From NCBI GenBank assembly GCA_963924565.1, contig OZ004607.1, forward strand, positions 12,028,001 through 12,092,000: DNA of 64,000 nt, written 5' to 3'. Shown here one piece after another: positions 12,795 through 27,700 of this stretch (position 1 is its first letter; each line of letters opens with the position of its first letter). Under the pieces are notes generated by a model. It was not told the DNA's origin. It saw nothing but the letters and a program-made list of their open reading frames with translations, and searched no databases. Source of the stretch: Ascidiella aspersa (taxonomy: Eukaryota). Position numbers and translations under genes: made by a program.

Positions 12795-15700
12795 TTAGAT
12801 ACCAACAGTCGGTTCTTCGGGTGGCGCATCTTCTTTATTGCTGGGCAAAGGTGTCGGTTGTGGGGCTCCAAGAGGGGCATTTTGATCCAAACTTCGCCAA
12901 AATTCTTCATCTTCGCTCATCGCCAACGCCTGACGCTGTCGATTCGAAAGTTCCCTGTGCAAATGTTTTGTTTTTATTTATTTGCTGTTAAATAATAAGT
13001 AGGCTTATACTGCAGCCTTCATTTGTATAGGCTGTTGGATTTGATGTGTCATTTTTTACTCCCACTATAGAGCAGTTGCACTCAAGAATTAAATTTGAAA
13101 ATTTCGAAAATCAAAAAATTGTGTTCTTTCAAAAAATCGCGTGAGGACACTTTTTTTGTTGAGATAAGCATTTTTAAGGTTTAAAATGCATGGTAAAATT
13201 CGCACAGAAATCCCCGAATGACGAATATCAATAAAAACAAAAAACTCACCATTGTTCGTATTTGAAGTTACAAGGCAACCAGCATACATCTTTGGTCAGC
13301 TGAGAGGTTAGATCACGCGCCAGTTTCTCGTAACCTTCGGTGATGATCTGCAAATAATCCGGACCGGAGGACATCGAAGCAAGCTGGGTCATGTTCATTC
13401 GATTATATCGGTTCACAACCCCAACAACGTAGATCTGCAAAGTAAATTGTGTTTGAAAAAGTAGCTTCGTTTTAGCACACTTGTTTAGGGGTAATTCGAT
13501 ATTAAACGTATTAAATAAATTCGTGACAATTTAAGAGATTTGCTAATACGGTCAACAGACAGTTTGCATCATACAATATTCAGGACGTATTTTTGACAGG
13601 CAACACAAGCAACCTACGCCTAAAGTTTGTGCTCACGGCGCTAAATAGGATTTTGTACCTATTCTACTGCATTGCTTTGTATAACCACGCCGTTGATTCG
13701 ATGCGTGTCATTTATTGTTGCGAAACGACGAAGCGTTAATTTCACCCTGTGATATATCTAATGTCAAAATAGGTTAGGACTAAACCGTTAAACAGACACC
13801 TTGTGAAATCCTAAACCGTTAAACGGACACCTTGTGAGAGTGAAATCCTAAACGAAACTTCACCCTTCGTCATTCATGAACAACAAAGAATAAACATAAC
13901 ACTCTTTTCGGTCGATTTATACCGGGGCGGATATAAAGTAAAAGAAAGGGGCAATAAACACCGCACATTTAACCCGAGCAAAACAAACCCACCTTGACAC
14001 CTTGATCCCTGATAGCCTGAGCAGCCTTTTCCACTTTGTCGGTTGCTTTTCCGTCCGTGATGATGACAATCACATCGGGTACGTTGGGCCGGTTTCCGGG
14101 TGCGCGGAGACTTTCTGTGTGCAGATGCCACAGAGCTCTACCAGTCAATGTACCTATAAAAACATTTTAGTTTTAAAACGTTAAATTGTACGAGAAATGG
14201 TTCTTAGTCATTTAATTCTAAAAATACGCACCTGCAAATTTAAAATGGAAAGATAGTTTTTTAAGATTGCATAACTTTTATAAATCAGGGGTGTGCAGGC
14301 TTTTATACCAACGGGGCAAATACGTACCCGTAATAGACCACGGACTAAATGATTTTCCATGGACCAGTCCTACCTCCACTAAAGATTTTACAACATAATG
14401 TTCATTACCAAAGGGTTCATTATTCATTAATAATATTAAACGAAGATTTCGTAAACTAATTTAAAAAAGGCTGACCCAATTTTATAAAACAACTGACAGT
14501 ATTACATCCACGGAGGTGCAAGGCTATGTGCTGAGGCAATATAAATGGGCGACAACGTATTACACATAATTAGCAACGTATTACACAGAAAATTTCACCA
14601 TCAAGGTTAAGGGACATGGTGAAGTATGTATTGACTTAAACAATTTTTTAGCCGTTTAAAGAAAAAAAATCTGTCAAACATGCGTTTTTCTAACCTCTTC
14701 CATTGTAGGGAATCTTATTCAGCTTGTGTCGCAGCTGGCCAACGCTCATATAGTCGCCCATCAAGATCTCATTCCTCTTATCGACCCTTCGGTTGTACCG
14801 GGCGACCCCAACTCGCATATCTTCGGGTCCAATTACGAACGAGTCAAGCTGGTAAAAAAACACGTAGTTTTACTAAAATTGCGGTACTTTTCAGCACTGG
14901 ACGTAATAGACAAAGAGGAAGGAATAAACTTTACGGTAGTGTTTGTTTTTACAATGATTCCACAAATTTTATACCTGGTATTTTGGCCTTATAAATGACC
15001 TAACTTGAATTAACTGTGATAAAACGCTATTATATAAAGGACCTAAACGTCATTGGTGAAAAAGAAAGGTAAAGCCAAACAACTGAAGAAGTTGTTCTTA
15101 AACATAGCGAATCACTAATAGTAGGCCTATACGCAAGAATTTTCGGGTCATATAATTAGTTTAAAAAAATTAACGCAGGTCTAATGTGGCGGGCCAAAGC
15201 TATATTCTACTTTTGTCGTATTACATAGAAAATAAAATGTAAAGTATAACTTGAATCGATTTTTTGACGGGTTTCAATATTAATAAGCATATTAGAGTAA
15301 AGTGTATATTTTTAAAATGCGTTACGCAACGACAGTTTAAAGCTGGCGTCCAGAAAAGGTAAGAACCATTGAGTTTTCTCTAAAGCAAAATAACACAGAC
15401 AAATTATAATTAGTTTATAACGTGTTACATGTAACCTAGATAAGTCTTAACGAAACTCGCAAAACCGTTTAAGGGTCCTCTTACCAGAAGATTTGTAAAT
15501 TCGATAAGAGTCTTCCAGTTGCTCTTGCCCACGGAAGAGGAGGAGTCGAGGAGGAAGAGGAGGTCCACGAGGGCGTGAGGTGGACACGGGAGGTCGCAAC
15601 AGGGCACCTTGCCAGACCATGTTTGGCTGCACGATTAAAAGGGAAGATCAAGTTGGTAGGTTGCATTAGTTACAAAGCATGAGGTATTAGGCTTTGTGAT

Positions 15701-18700
15701 AATATAAATGACGAATTCAATTAAACATACTTGGTAACGAGTATCGACGAATGCAATGCGCATTTATAGATTTCCCTAAAATGGCATCAGGTCAATTTAA
15801 CTTTACAGCGTTGGCATCAACATGAAACATTCAACTTAAAATGGTGAACACGTTTTATTGTGACCAATTTTTGTAAAGCAAACAGAAAACGGGCAACAAA
15901 TAGCAAATTATAATTTATTACATTTAACAATTGGCCTAAATAACCATATTTAACTAAAACGTATGTAATTAAACCATTTTAACATATGCCAAGCCATTTT
16001 CGTAAATGACTTGAGTCAAGTCTTGTCTAAATTATTGTAGCCCTCCTAAACCTGCTTAGTACGGTCTCCAGTCATAAGATTGACATTAAACATTAACGCC
16101 GGAATAACACATTTCGGAATAAGACCTAAATGACCAGAATGTACCTAACCCCCAAACCTATGCTTCGAACTTCATAAGTAACTCGCCTAATTTCAACCTT
16201 AACCGAATATTCATATTACTCTGTTTTAGATAATGTTACTTTTCTTTGTGTTCCCGCCCTATACATGGATATTCCTATCGTTGACTTTTCCATTTTAGTC
16301 AGTGGATGTCGACGTTCATAAATGTAGAAACACGGGTTGAACTTAGACAAAAAAGTTTGACTCACTCGCTCTGGCACGTGATCCTATCCTCTCCACCGGC
16401 AATGTCAAGTTCATTTGGACAAGAAAAATCACAAGTATCGCCAACCTTGTAGCCTGTGCAATTTACCGTACCGCCGTTCATTAGGTTTTGGGGAGGCACT
16501 TTACAATCTGAGTAAAACAAATTGGTTAGTAGAACTGATTGCACCTTCCAAAATAAACTGCAACCAGGTACTTGACCAAAAACTACTGCTCTGCCCTAAT
16601 CGTCCGATGCCATCTACTGCATATTAGATTTAGAGCAATGTGGCCTAATATTTCTTGCTATATTTTGTGAACTATAGTGGAGTTTCAAGTTACGAAGAAA
16701 CCGAGTTTCTCTACAATGAATACAACACCTGGTCTCAAAGATAACCTAGTGATATATAATGATTTATACATAATCAAAATACGCGATTTAAAATTGAAAA
16801 ATATGAGCAATATATATAGGACCCCATTTAACCCACGTCCTACAACGTGTTTTCATCAAGAGTTTTTGTTCTTAAAGCTAATGAAGGTATTTTATTTAAA
16901 GGGGTGGTGTTTATCAAAATTTATCACGGACCAAGGTAGTTTGTAAGTAACTCGGCTCGGTATTTTCAAATTACTGCAGCCGAGCAACATCCTTTTTGAG
17001 TTATCGCAGAGACCTATAAAAAGTACTATTTACGAAATGATGAGACTTACCTTTAGCCACGCAGAGAGTGAGCTCGAGCGAGGACCAGTAGCCGTCCCTC
17101 AAACACCTGACGTAGGACGGGCCGTGCTGCTCATACCCTACTCCGCAAGCGTACCTGCACCGCGAGCCAAACTTGTTGCTGTCCGTGCATTCCAGCTTTC
17201 CGTTCTTTGGCGCGCTCAGTTCCCCGCAGAAAACTGGCGGCAAAAAGATACAGTTTATTCGGTTCAACGCTATGTTCGCTAGTTACTTGGGTTTTGCACA
17301 AAACAATACGAATTTTAAAATGCTTAACGAGAAAAAAATTGAGTTAATCGCAACCAGACAAACATGAAAAAAATGATAGCGTATATATTTATTGTTAGTT
17401 TTTCGTTTTCGTTAATAGGCAAGAAATATACAGAAATATTACCTTTGGTATCGCAAATCTTTCCCCGCCACCCGGGAGTGCATTCGCACTCGTAATCATT
17501 GATGAGGTCATTGCAAGTACCGTGTATGCAAGGGTCTGGCTGACAGTCGTCTGAGAAGCAAAAAGGTTAGTTTAACCTATCAGTCAACACAGCGGCCATA
17601 TTTGGTTTCAAGTATAATCAAAGCGTGTTATCCTGTGCCTGTTTATGCCGCAGTGTTTTGCGTTTTTCATTAAGCAGGATTACAGGTCGCCCATATTTGG
17701 GCTAATTAAACTTCTTCGCGTGTTGCAACGTCTGGGCCCTGGCGTTTTGTTTTTAGAAACAGGAATAATTATAAAGTGTTTTTTTCTCAGACAGGGCGCC
17801 CACATTTAACTTCACGTGCCCCTCCAGTGGATTTATTTCAAGAACTGCTAATTCATTTCAAACGTTTTAAAGTTTTCTGTTTTGCATAAAAAGTCTCACG
17901 TCATTCCGCCTCTGATCGGATAATGTACATTGTGCAATTTAGTTGGAATTGCGCGGGAAATTTTGCAATGGGCACCGGCGAAAGTTTACAAAGAGCCAAT
18001 GGTTCAGCTCGCGTTTACACAACATATGCTGAAATGTAATCCATTGCAAACGGGGTCTAAAATCGCTTAACTATCAATTGAGAGTTGGTCAACTTTCTAA
18101 TTGTTATTTGTAACTCCTTTAGCTTAATAGAAAATGTATCACAGTATTATAATTAACTGTGGTAATATGATTGTCGTTTTAACAAAAAAAATCCTTTATT
18201 TAACAAGTTTAGTAACCCTTGGTCTGTCATTATCAGAAAAACTATACTCCACCTTGATATTCCATTTAACCTTTCGGTACACAAGTCAAATGAAGGTTAC
18301 AAACTGCATTATTAATTCATGCGATTAACAGAGAACGCTGGGTAAATCCCAAACTTATAACTCGGTTATTTGCATTTATTTTAAATTGAAAGACGTAAAG
18401 GTTAAATTGAAAGGATTAATTTAAAGGTTACTAAAAGGTTACTAAAGGTTAAATTTAATCTTTTAAACCTGATAAGTTTACGGGCCGTACTTTAATGGTT
18501 GTAAACATAATCCACCTTTTCGTTATGTGACGCATGTCGTGAGCTTAACTGCTCTTTAGATGTGAATCATAACGGGATAAAAAACACAAACCTACCTATC
18601 TGGAGACAAGTCGGTGGGTCGTTTTTCCACTTTCCTTGTCGGCTGCAGGCAACTCGTTTCGGACCAGTGAGCATGTACCCGCTTTTGCACTCGACGTCAC

Positions 18701-21700
18701 AAACTGACCCACCGTTGAAATCGTTGCTGCAACTGAGAACCATGCCTTCGACGTCCAATTCAGGGCAGGGCTCTGAAATTGAAAACGCAAATATTGTTGT
18801 TTTCCCTGCAAAACGTATATTGGGAATTAAGTTAGGGTATTAGAGCATTAAATGTAAACGATTTGCCAGCGATCTCAAAAAATCCAAATTTTGAATAATG
18901 AATCCTTTTGTATTTTGCAACGACCGCTTGTTGATGTTTTTTTTATTTATAGGTTTGTCAGTAATATGTGTTTATGCAGAACGCAGGACGAAAAATCTGT
19001 TTGGTTGATCTACCTAAAAACAAACATAATTTTGTTCATATCACATAACCTTACGCAAATTATAAATTCGATGACTAAACATTTTTTTAAAGGTATTTTA
19101 AAGTATCAGTAATTCAGTAATAGCAAAAATGCGTTCTCAGAGAGAAATTCCAAATTGGTTTACAGAAACGACGCCCTACAGTGTAAGGCACTAAAGTGCG
19201 GAAGATAAGAACCCGGCAGGTGCGGAAGTATGTATAGTGGCTTACAAGAGAAAATCGCATTACATGTTACGTCACTACTGTAAGTTGCATAAATCACACA
19301 GGACAAAGATGAACTTGTGAGATACAGCATAACCAAGACGTCATGGACTAGTCTGTCTGAAAGTTTATTAACCTGGCAGATACATTATATATGAAGTATG
19401 AACCAATATCGGAATAAACAGAAACAAATCCAATCAGTGCAAAAAATGCTGAGCAAATTTGAATCCCAAGCAACTAGTTGTAAGTTTAGCCTTATTTATT
19501 GCAACAGCGTAAAAAGGTATAACGCAAAAACGCAAAGTGTATCGGCGACTCATCTGGTTAAATTACAAAGTATCTCCGACCGTAATTTATCGAATTTGCG
19601 TCCTGTTGTTTATTGGCTGAGCAGGGCTTAAAAAAAATTACTTAGTTCGAGGCATTGCGGCGTCAACGCTGTCCACGAGCCGTCATTGGAACAGGAGCTT
19701 ATGCCCACTCCCACCAAGTAGTAACCTCCAGAACAGGTGAAAGTGCAAACTGACCCGATCTCGTTTCCGCTGCTGCAGATAACCATTCCGTTCGTGATAA
19801 GGCTGCGCTCCTCGCAGTATTCTATAAGTTAAAACATAATATGTGTGAGTAGTGTGACATCGTTTTGTCTTTATTATAATGATAAGAGGCTATTCAGTGT
19901 AAAACTGTTTTTTGCGTATTTCAAAATGCCTAGTTTAAAACTACTTTTAGATGTAATATCGGTAAATGCTATAAGAAAACTTTAAAATCCACACAAGATC
20001 AAATTTAAAAAAATTATAAACTTAAGAAAGCTGACAGAGGTCACTTACTAACAAGGAAAAGTATACATACCAAGGGGTGAAAAAATCAGTTGTTCGGGAG
20101 ATCGGAAGGGGTCCAACCATCCTAACACACGACCGCAAGTTGTACCCGGCCCGTTGCATAGATCACCCTCACAACAACATCTGAAAATATAAACAAGTAG
20201 TCGGTGGAGAGCCCATATTTTGGTCACTGAACACTATTGTATTTTAGTTGCTTGTGTCCCAATAAAATTTGGCTAATATTGCAAAATTCCTTTTCTGCAA
20301 TAGATTTTAAAGGGATACTCCGTGAAAGATAAATAGATATAATTACCTGCAGACCTCGGGCGGATCTACATTTCGATTTCTGTCCGGATTGCATTGTTCC
20401 GTGACATTCTGTGGAAAATAGTGGGGATTGTGACGTCAATCGTTCAGGTGGTGTATTAAAGTACAAACAATTATAGGAAAATAACTTAGCTTCATTGGGA
20501 AAAAGCAGTAATCGTGTACAGGCAGGCATAGGAAGCCAAGCCAAATGTATACCAAAATTATTTAAAAAGTAGAAAATTAACTCCTAATGACATAATAATA
20601 ATTCTACTCTTTCGAAGCCCTGCTTTTCTTGCAAAAGGGCAGTGAAAGCGTTATTTGTAGGAAAAACATCCCTTTATCGAGAACCAAAAAAAATATTGAT
20701 TGTTACCTTTTCAAAAAGTTAAAAGTGCTTTCTTTTTTAAAACAATAATGAGCCCTGTCATTTTTACCTGCTTCTCGTTATCATCGCAGGCATTGGGCTG
20801 TTTGCAGACAAGAGAAGCCCTGTAGCTGGACGGCTGGTATTTGCCGGTGTTGGTTACCGAGTGACGTCGAACCACGTTGAGGCAGCCGCTTGACTCAGGG
20901 GAGCATTCCACGATCGCCATGCACTCGTCACGTGACATCGCGTCGACGCACCCGTAACAACGTGTCACTGCGCATGCGTAAAGAGAGACTATTTTTACAA
21001 GCGTGTTCTTGTTTCCGTACAGCTTTATTTGGACCAAATAATAGCTTTTCGCGATTCGCTAGAATCCATTACAAGGCATTTTACGTTCGATAAAAGTAAT
21101 TAATAGAAATGTGTCTATAGTTTCATATTAAACTTTGGGCTGAAAATTTATTTTTCGCGACATATCTTGTTTTTGCCACTATCCGTTTTTACTTTATTTT
21201 GGTATGTTTAGAATTTTCACTTTTTCATTAACATATGTTTTACCTGTAATCTGGCCGAGGGTATACTTTTCAACAGTGTAATAATTTTGATCAATGGCAA
21301 TAACGAACCCGGGGACGAGGTCGGAAGATAAATCTTTGCAATTAACGTTCTAATAGCTTTTCTCGCTTTAAGTTTGCTGACTCAATCTATTCGCTCAAAT
21401 AACTTTTGAATAGTTTAGTTAATGTCTAATACGAGGTTTTGCACACAAAAAATAATACATTTACGCGTATCAACCTCCTGCCGGTTCAAAATGAGAAATT
21501 AGCACCACATTGGCCAACTTACGTGTCTTGATAGGCTCCGAATAAGCGGTGACTGAATCTTTGCCAGCGTTGCTTGCCTTGATGCTGAACGTGTAAACTG
21601 TACGAGGTGTCAGTCCGGTAGCGGTGTAAGAGCGTGCGCTCTTGTCCAATGTTGTGTCTAAAATAGTAAAAAAATATTCCAGCATTTCGGTTCTCAACCA

Positions 21701-24700
21701 ATGGCACGTAAAAATCATTAACGGATCTCAATAGATTGTTTTTCGAAGAAACATACCTTATTAGCAAATGCACTTTTAGCTATTGCATAAGTTGGTGGCC
21801 AGCGTCGTTTACCGTGGAAAAAATGTATACGGCCATTTGATTTAATTGAATTGCGTTTTTTATTGCTAATTAGCTTTGGCCGGTTTGAATATTTTCACTG
21901 CACTAATGTTCACACATATTATTAATTAAAAAATATATCACGTTTGTCTCGCCGTCAATACTTCCCGATCGTTCGGTGACATTTCATGACCAGTTTTTGT
22001 ATGACGTAATCGAGATGCGTATTCTGTCGAATTGGCAAGCATGCCTGGATAAACAGCGACAATCGAATCGCCGTTTCGTGACAATGGAATCGCTTTATCC
22101 CCGGTTGGAGTCGCCACCTTCGCTCGAAATGCCATTCGTGCCGAAGCCGCTTAATTCTTGCAATAATCGACAACAATAGCAGGCGGCGCTCGGTGCATTG
22201 TAATACAACAATCGGGCAGCGCGGGAGCTTCCAGATTACGAGTTGCCAATTGATCATCGCGTGGTGGGCACATTACGCATTGCGCAACCAGCATTCAGTA
22301 ACTGGATTTTGATCGTTGGATAACGGTTTTACGAACAAGTAACGTATTTACCAAATATTTAAATTAAAAAAAGAGTAAATATAAACAAAACTTAACAATT
22401 AGATGTTTGTATATTACACCAAATGAGGATTTTATCATAGCTTATTACCAAATTTCAAATAAAAAAAGAAAAAGTGCTAAAAAATACTTCTATTTTGGGC
22501 GACACTAACTATTCTAGAAGTTTTGTTTTTAAACTTTCAATTAAATGCACTTTAAATATTGTAAGCTTTTTTAATAGTAAAAACGGGATAACTGCTGAGT
22601 TCGTAAAAAAAACTATTATATTAACTTTTTGCTATAAAAAAATTAAATTAAAGTCATTCAAACATGCATGTTATTTGCTTCCTTATTTGCGTAGGGTTTT
22701 TTCGCAATTTTATTCAACTTACCGACAAGGATTCGTCCGTGGGTGTCGTCGCGCACCGTGATGATAAACCTCTCCTGTGATCGTTCTGTTACGTAATATG
22801 GCAGTCGGAATGACCAAGTGATGCTGGTTGCGTGCAACTCGGAAGCCAGGACCTCGGCGATTCCGGGAACGGCTGAGTTTAAAAAACACTCCGTTACGAA
22901 TTTGCTTCTTTGCGCACAAGCTTCTGTTTAACGCCGCCTTGGCGCAAATCCCAAAAAAAAGTTATTTCTTGTCCGATAGTGTAAAGCAGTTCTTCCCAAC
23001 CAGTGGGTCGCGAAGCTATTTCAGGTGGGTCACGAAGTACCTCTAAATGTTACAGTTTTCTATTAGATCGGGAAATTATTGCATCACAATTACGTAAAGT
23101 TCATGCATCAATTTCCCAAATATGTAACAATTAGATGTGTTGTGTCGCATTACTTATTTCAATATGTACGCCAGTAGTAAAGATGGAAGGTTTATGTAAC
23201 TTTAGTTGTTTGGTCATACCTCATTGTGGGTCGCACAATATAGTTCGCATTAAAATGTGAGTCGCGAACTGAAAAAGGTTGGGAAGCACTGGTGTAAAAT
23301 ATGTTTTTTTGCAAATTCAGTATCCCGGCGGCGGTCGGTGTTGAAATGCAAATTAATCATAAACGTCAACAATAATTACCGACCGCAAATTTATTTTAGC
23401 CCTAAACGTAAGCGTTTGGTTGGAATATCTTAAAATACTTTTATTTAAAGAAGATGGACAGTCATTTTGCGATAAATCACTTTATTGTTGTCTTCGCCAA
23501 GAAACGCAAGCTTTCGCTATTCAGAGGCGTAGCTAGGGGGGTGCGGTGGGGTACATATGTCCCCGCGCCAAGGTACAGGGGCGCCAAAATAAGGCCTACA
23601 AATGCCTAATGAGCCGGCTGCTTCTTTAAATACAATGTTCTATTAAAATTATTTTTTTTTTCTTATAAAGTAAGGTATACTATGTTAATCTAATAGAAAA
23701 TGTGATTGGACATTGAGGAGGGGGCGCCAATTTTATAGTTTGCCCCGGGCGCAACATACCCTGGCTACGCCTCTGAAGCTTTCTATGCGATCAAATATTG
23801 TTTTATATTTAAACGCGTTGCGTGCTGTTACTATAGATAAGAAAGCTCAACAATATTGCAATTGACACCCACCAGTGGTGACTTTCAGGTCGACCCTTTT
23901 CGAAACCGCGACTGTTCTTCCGGCAGCGGAAACTACGTCAGTCCAGGCGGAAATGATGTACTCGGTGGACGGCATAAGATCGGGTATCATCACGAGTCCA
24001 GCCCGGGTAGAGGACGGCAGTCGAAATTCGGCGGAGACAGGTTCATCGGCCTTCCTGAAAGAACAAAAAGAAAACGGTTCTAAGACTAAGTATGGGGAAA
24101 AATAAAACAAAATTCTACGCACTTTTTTTTTTTTTTTAAGCCTTGCTAATTTCATAATAAGCAACAACAGGGTCGCAATACAGCAAATAGGAAATTTAGG
24201 ACAAAAGTGATTAACTACAAAAAATATTGATCAGTTATGCTCGTCAATAAATACAAAAAAGTGTATTTTTTTTATTTTGGAGTCTACATCTCGAAAAGGC
24301 CACTAAAGACGGCAACCCAGTGTACAACATGCACCATTCCACATTTAAACCGAATTGATGGCATATAAACTACTCAAGTAACCAATCTACCGAAAAAATT
24401 ACTCTCAATCAAAATGGTGCAAGTTTTCTTACCTGTAACTGACCATATAATGACTGACCCTGTCCCCGTTGCCCGGTCGCGCCATTGTGACGAACACTGA
24501 GACCGTGTTGGTGTCAAAGTTCATCAGTCGAATTCCCTGAGGTGGTCGGGGCCCTGAAGATAAATAGCGATGTTCCCGTTGACGATACCAACATTATATG
24601 ATTACAAAACTTTAGAGTTTTTAACAATCTTTAAATAGATTGTTTATGTATGCCATATAGAATAATCAAAGGGGATAACCGGATATAATTTGTATCACTT

Positions 24701-27700
24701 TCAACAAAGGTAAAATATTAAAAAATTAAAATTGCCGAATTTAAATAAATTAATTGTTCGCAGAAATATCTTTCCACGAATCCGTCTGCCATTGACGATC
24801 GGCATTCGTGTTCCAAAATGATGTACGTGACTTTTTAATTTCCATTGTCGATTTATATTTAAAGTGGTTACAAATAATTAACACACCGAAGTCTGGCGAA
24901 TATTTGCACAACGACACTGTTGCGCACGATATCGCAGGATTTACATTCAAATGTTTTACAAATAGATCGTTCAAACGACAACAAAGTGCTTTCCGATTTC
25001 GGTAAATACCGTGAGAAGCCTATTAAGTTGCAAATCACAAACAATTACAGAAACAGTGCAGAACGTACAAGACAAGGAGGCGACGGCAATTTACATTTTT
25101 GCCGTTTGAAGGACAAGAAGTTCGCGAACTTCAATCGGTTGTTCTTTGCAGCGGATAATAACTATATTTGGAACACCTACTTGTGTAGAAGGTTTTAAAA
25201 ATCTTCTTGGAGTAGATTGCTGACTTGTGCTTGGCGATAACGCTGATTCTGAAAAGTAAGCAATGCACAATTAAAAATTTAAAAACAAAACATCGCGTTT
25301 CAACTTATTGCATCCACCACGACTGTTCTAACTTCATAAGACGATTTCCGTTTGTTTTTAAAACAACCCAAATAATTAAATCATCGAACGTCGAATTTAT
25401 AATCCGCAGACTTGGCACGCGAACCCACGAAGTTGTCGGAATACATAACGCATTTGCCGTTTATTACTTTTTCGCAAAACGTAACAACGTTAAAAGTTAA
25501 CATTCTTCGCAGGATTAACCGCAACGTATGGAGACATCGTCGAAAACGTATATATTGACTTTATAAACACACGGAAACTTACAGCGATAAGGTTAATCGC
25601 TCTGGCAACATCCAAGTTACCGCGATCACCTGAAGATCTTATCTCGAGTGAGGTTTAGTAAAGCTAATTTTTATTAACCTAATGATAGATCGTAAAATAA
25701 ATAGATTTTATCAGTTAAACGTTTTTCGTTAGTCTTATGCGACAAACATTACATCGGTACCGGACTGCTTTTTAGCAAAATTTAATTAAAAGTGTGTGAT
25801 GTTTTCACACCCATTTCGACATAAATCGCAGTCGGAAAACAACTATTTTTGTGCTTTAAGCATTGCCACTTTCAATGCCTTTTAATTTTGAATTTAATCA
25901 CGAAAGTTCAACTCTAACAAGTTGCAAAAGGCCATATTTGGTGTGAAACCTTTACCGGTCCAGAAAGTCCCTTAATCCGCAGAATGCGTTGTTTACTAGA
26001 TACGGATCAACTGAGTGGTGACTTTACGAACTTGTAACTTGTTGGCATGTCGCATTTAATCGTCGGATTAGTCGCGACAATCTCGTCCGAATTGACCAAC
26101 ACCGGGTTCGAGAGCCACGCGATTATACATGACGTAACAACGATGCTAGAACATAGTAAGTGTTGTGTGGGTGTGACGACATAATTGCGACAAAAATTGT
26201 GTAGATTTAGCATTTTGTCGAGACATTGCAACTCCCCCACCCACGCTGAAATGTACACAAATCGAATTAAAATGTTTTGTTATCTGCGGTTACAATAATC
26301 ATGATCAAATCGTATCAAACCCATAATTAACAAGATTAACGTTGTTCGGAAAAGCAGTTTTGGTCGAAACAATTACGTCTTTCCAAAACTGGAGAAAGGC
26401 TCAAAATACTGGTCTACGCCTAAAATTTTTAACTTGTGTGCTGTGATGTTAAAAAAACTTTAATCTACAATGAGTATAACAAAGTCTTACCTGTATGGGT
26501 TTCCGGCTGAGAGTCCCCTGACCAAGTAAGTAAGGGTTTTCGGGGGAAGTTTCTGGGTAAAGCTGAGACCAGCGATACCGGAATTGTTGCGCAGGATCAC
26601 CGGAGCTATTCTGGTGTTTCTCCGCGGTGACAGTTGGACGTTAAAAAAGGAAGCCGAGTGGTTTTTAATATCTGAAAAAAAGATCGGTGGTTCGAAAAAA
26701 GACTTTTGGTAGTTAATAGATTTATTTGGATATTTAATGTAAATTAATGTCATAATTGAGCTACTTATCTAACCTAATCAATATATGATTTGTTATCAGT
26801 TGAACCGTCGTTAAAACTGAGAAAAACTAAGAAAAAAATTTTTTTTTTTGATTTTACCCGTCATAAAATAAAATTTTCAACCGTCGTATTGTACGTAAAT
26901 CTCAGTTAAGTATGCTAAGACCTAATTTACCAGAATGATAAACAAATGCTGGCGAACTAACTGCAATGTTCGCAACAGGTTCGTTGCATTTTTTACGCGT
27001 AACAGGAGAAAAGTTTTATATTGCTTTTTATTCTATTTATCACACGTCGAAGAATTGGTATCCCTGAAGTAACAGTAGTTTTTTGGTACTTTACAGTTAA
27101 ACTTGTCTTATCCGCAGTTTATTAACGTTTATCTGAACGGCGTAACCCGCAGGTTTGTATTTGTATCTGAATAATCGCGTTTAAGCCTTTCGTAAATCTT
27201 CTACGGGCACCTGGAGCTACGCTGCAAATCCGGTGAAGCGCAAAACAGATTCGTAAAACTGTAGCTAAAGTCGCATTTCAGTTATTCGCTTCCACTGATG
27301 TACTTTCGATGCTCTTACGTCACATTAGCAATGCGACAATTATAAAAGCTTTTTTGAAATGACTTCGATGGCAATTTATTGATTGTCAAGATAAAAACTC
27401 TGATATTTAAGGTTAAATGTTGCTTTTATGGGATTGTTATCAAATCTAGAGCCCGCGTCTCAATTTGACTTTTTCGACCGTGTAATAAGTGGAAACAAGA
27501 CCAAGGACATTAAACATTTTCTTAATGTTATTTTAAATATGATCACAATTAGAGGAGTGTTGGTGTAACTGAACCTGTTTATACTTATGGGTGCCACAAA
27601 TGTAAACATTCACAAAGAGAAAAGTTACCTTACTATTTTAAGGTATTTACATTTACCTAAAAAGGTGATGAGGGCCGTGTCAGGGCTGAGAACGTAAACT

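Noticed and set aside
12795-19821. Complement factor B/C2, SVEP1 or selectin identity
   Set aside because: No serine protease, pentraxin, C-type lectin or TM segment, and the domain order differs.
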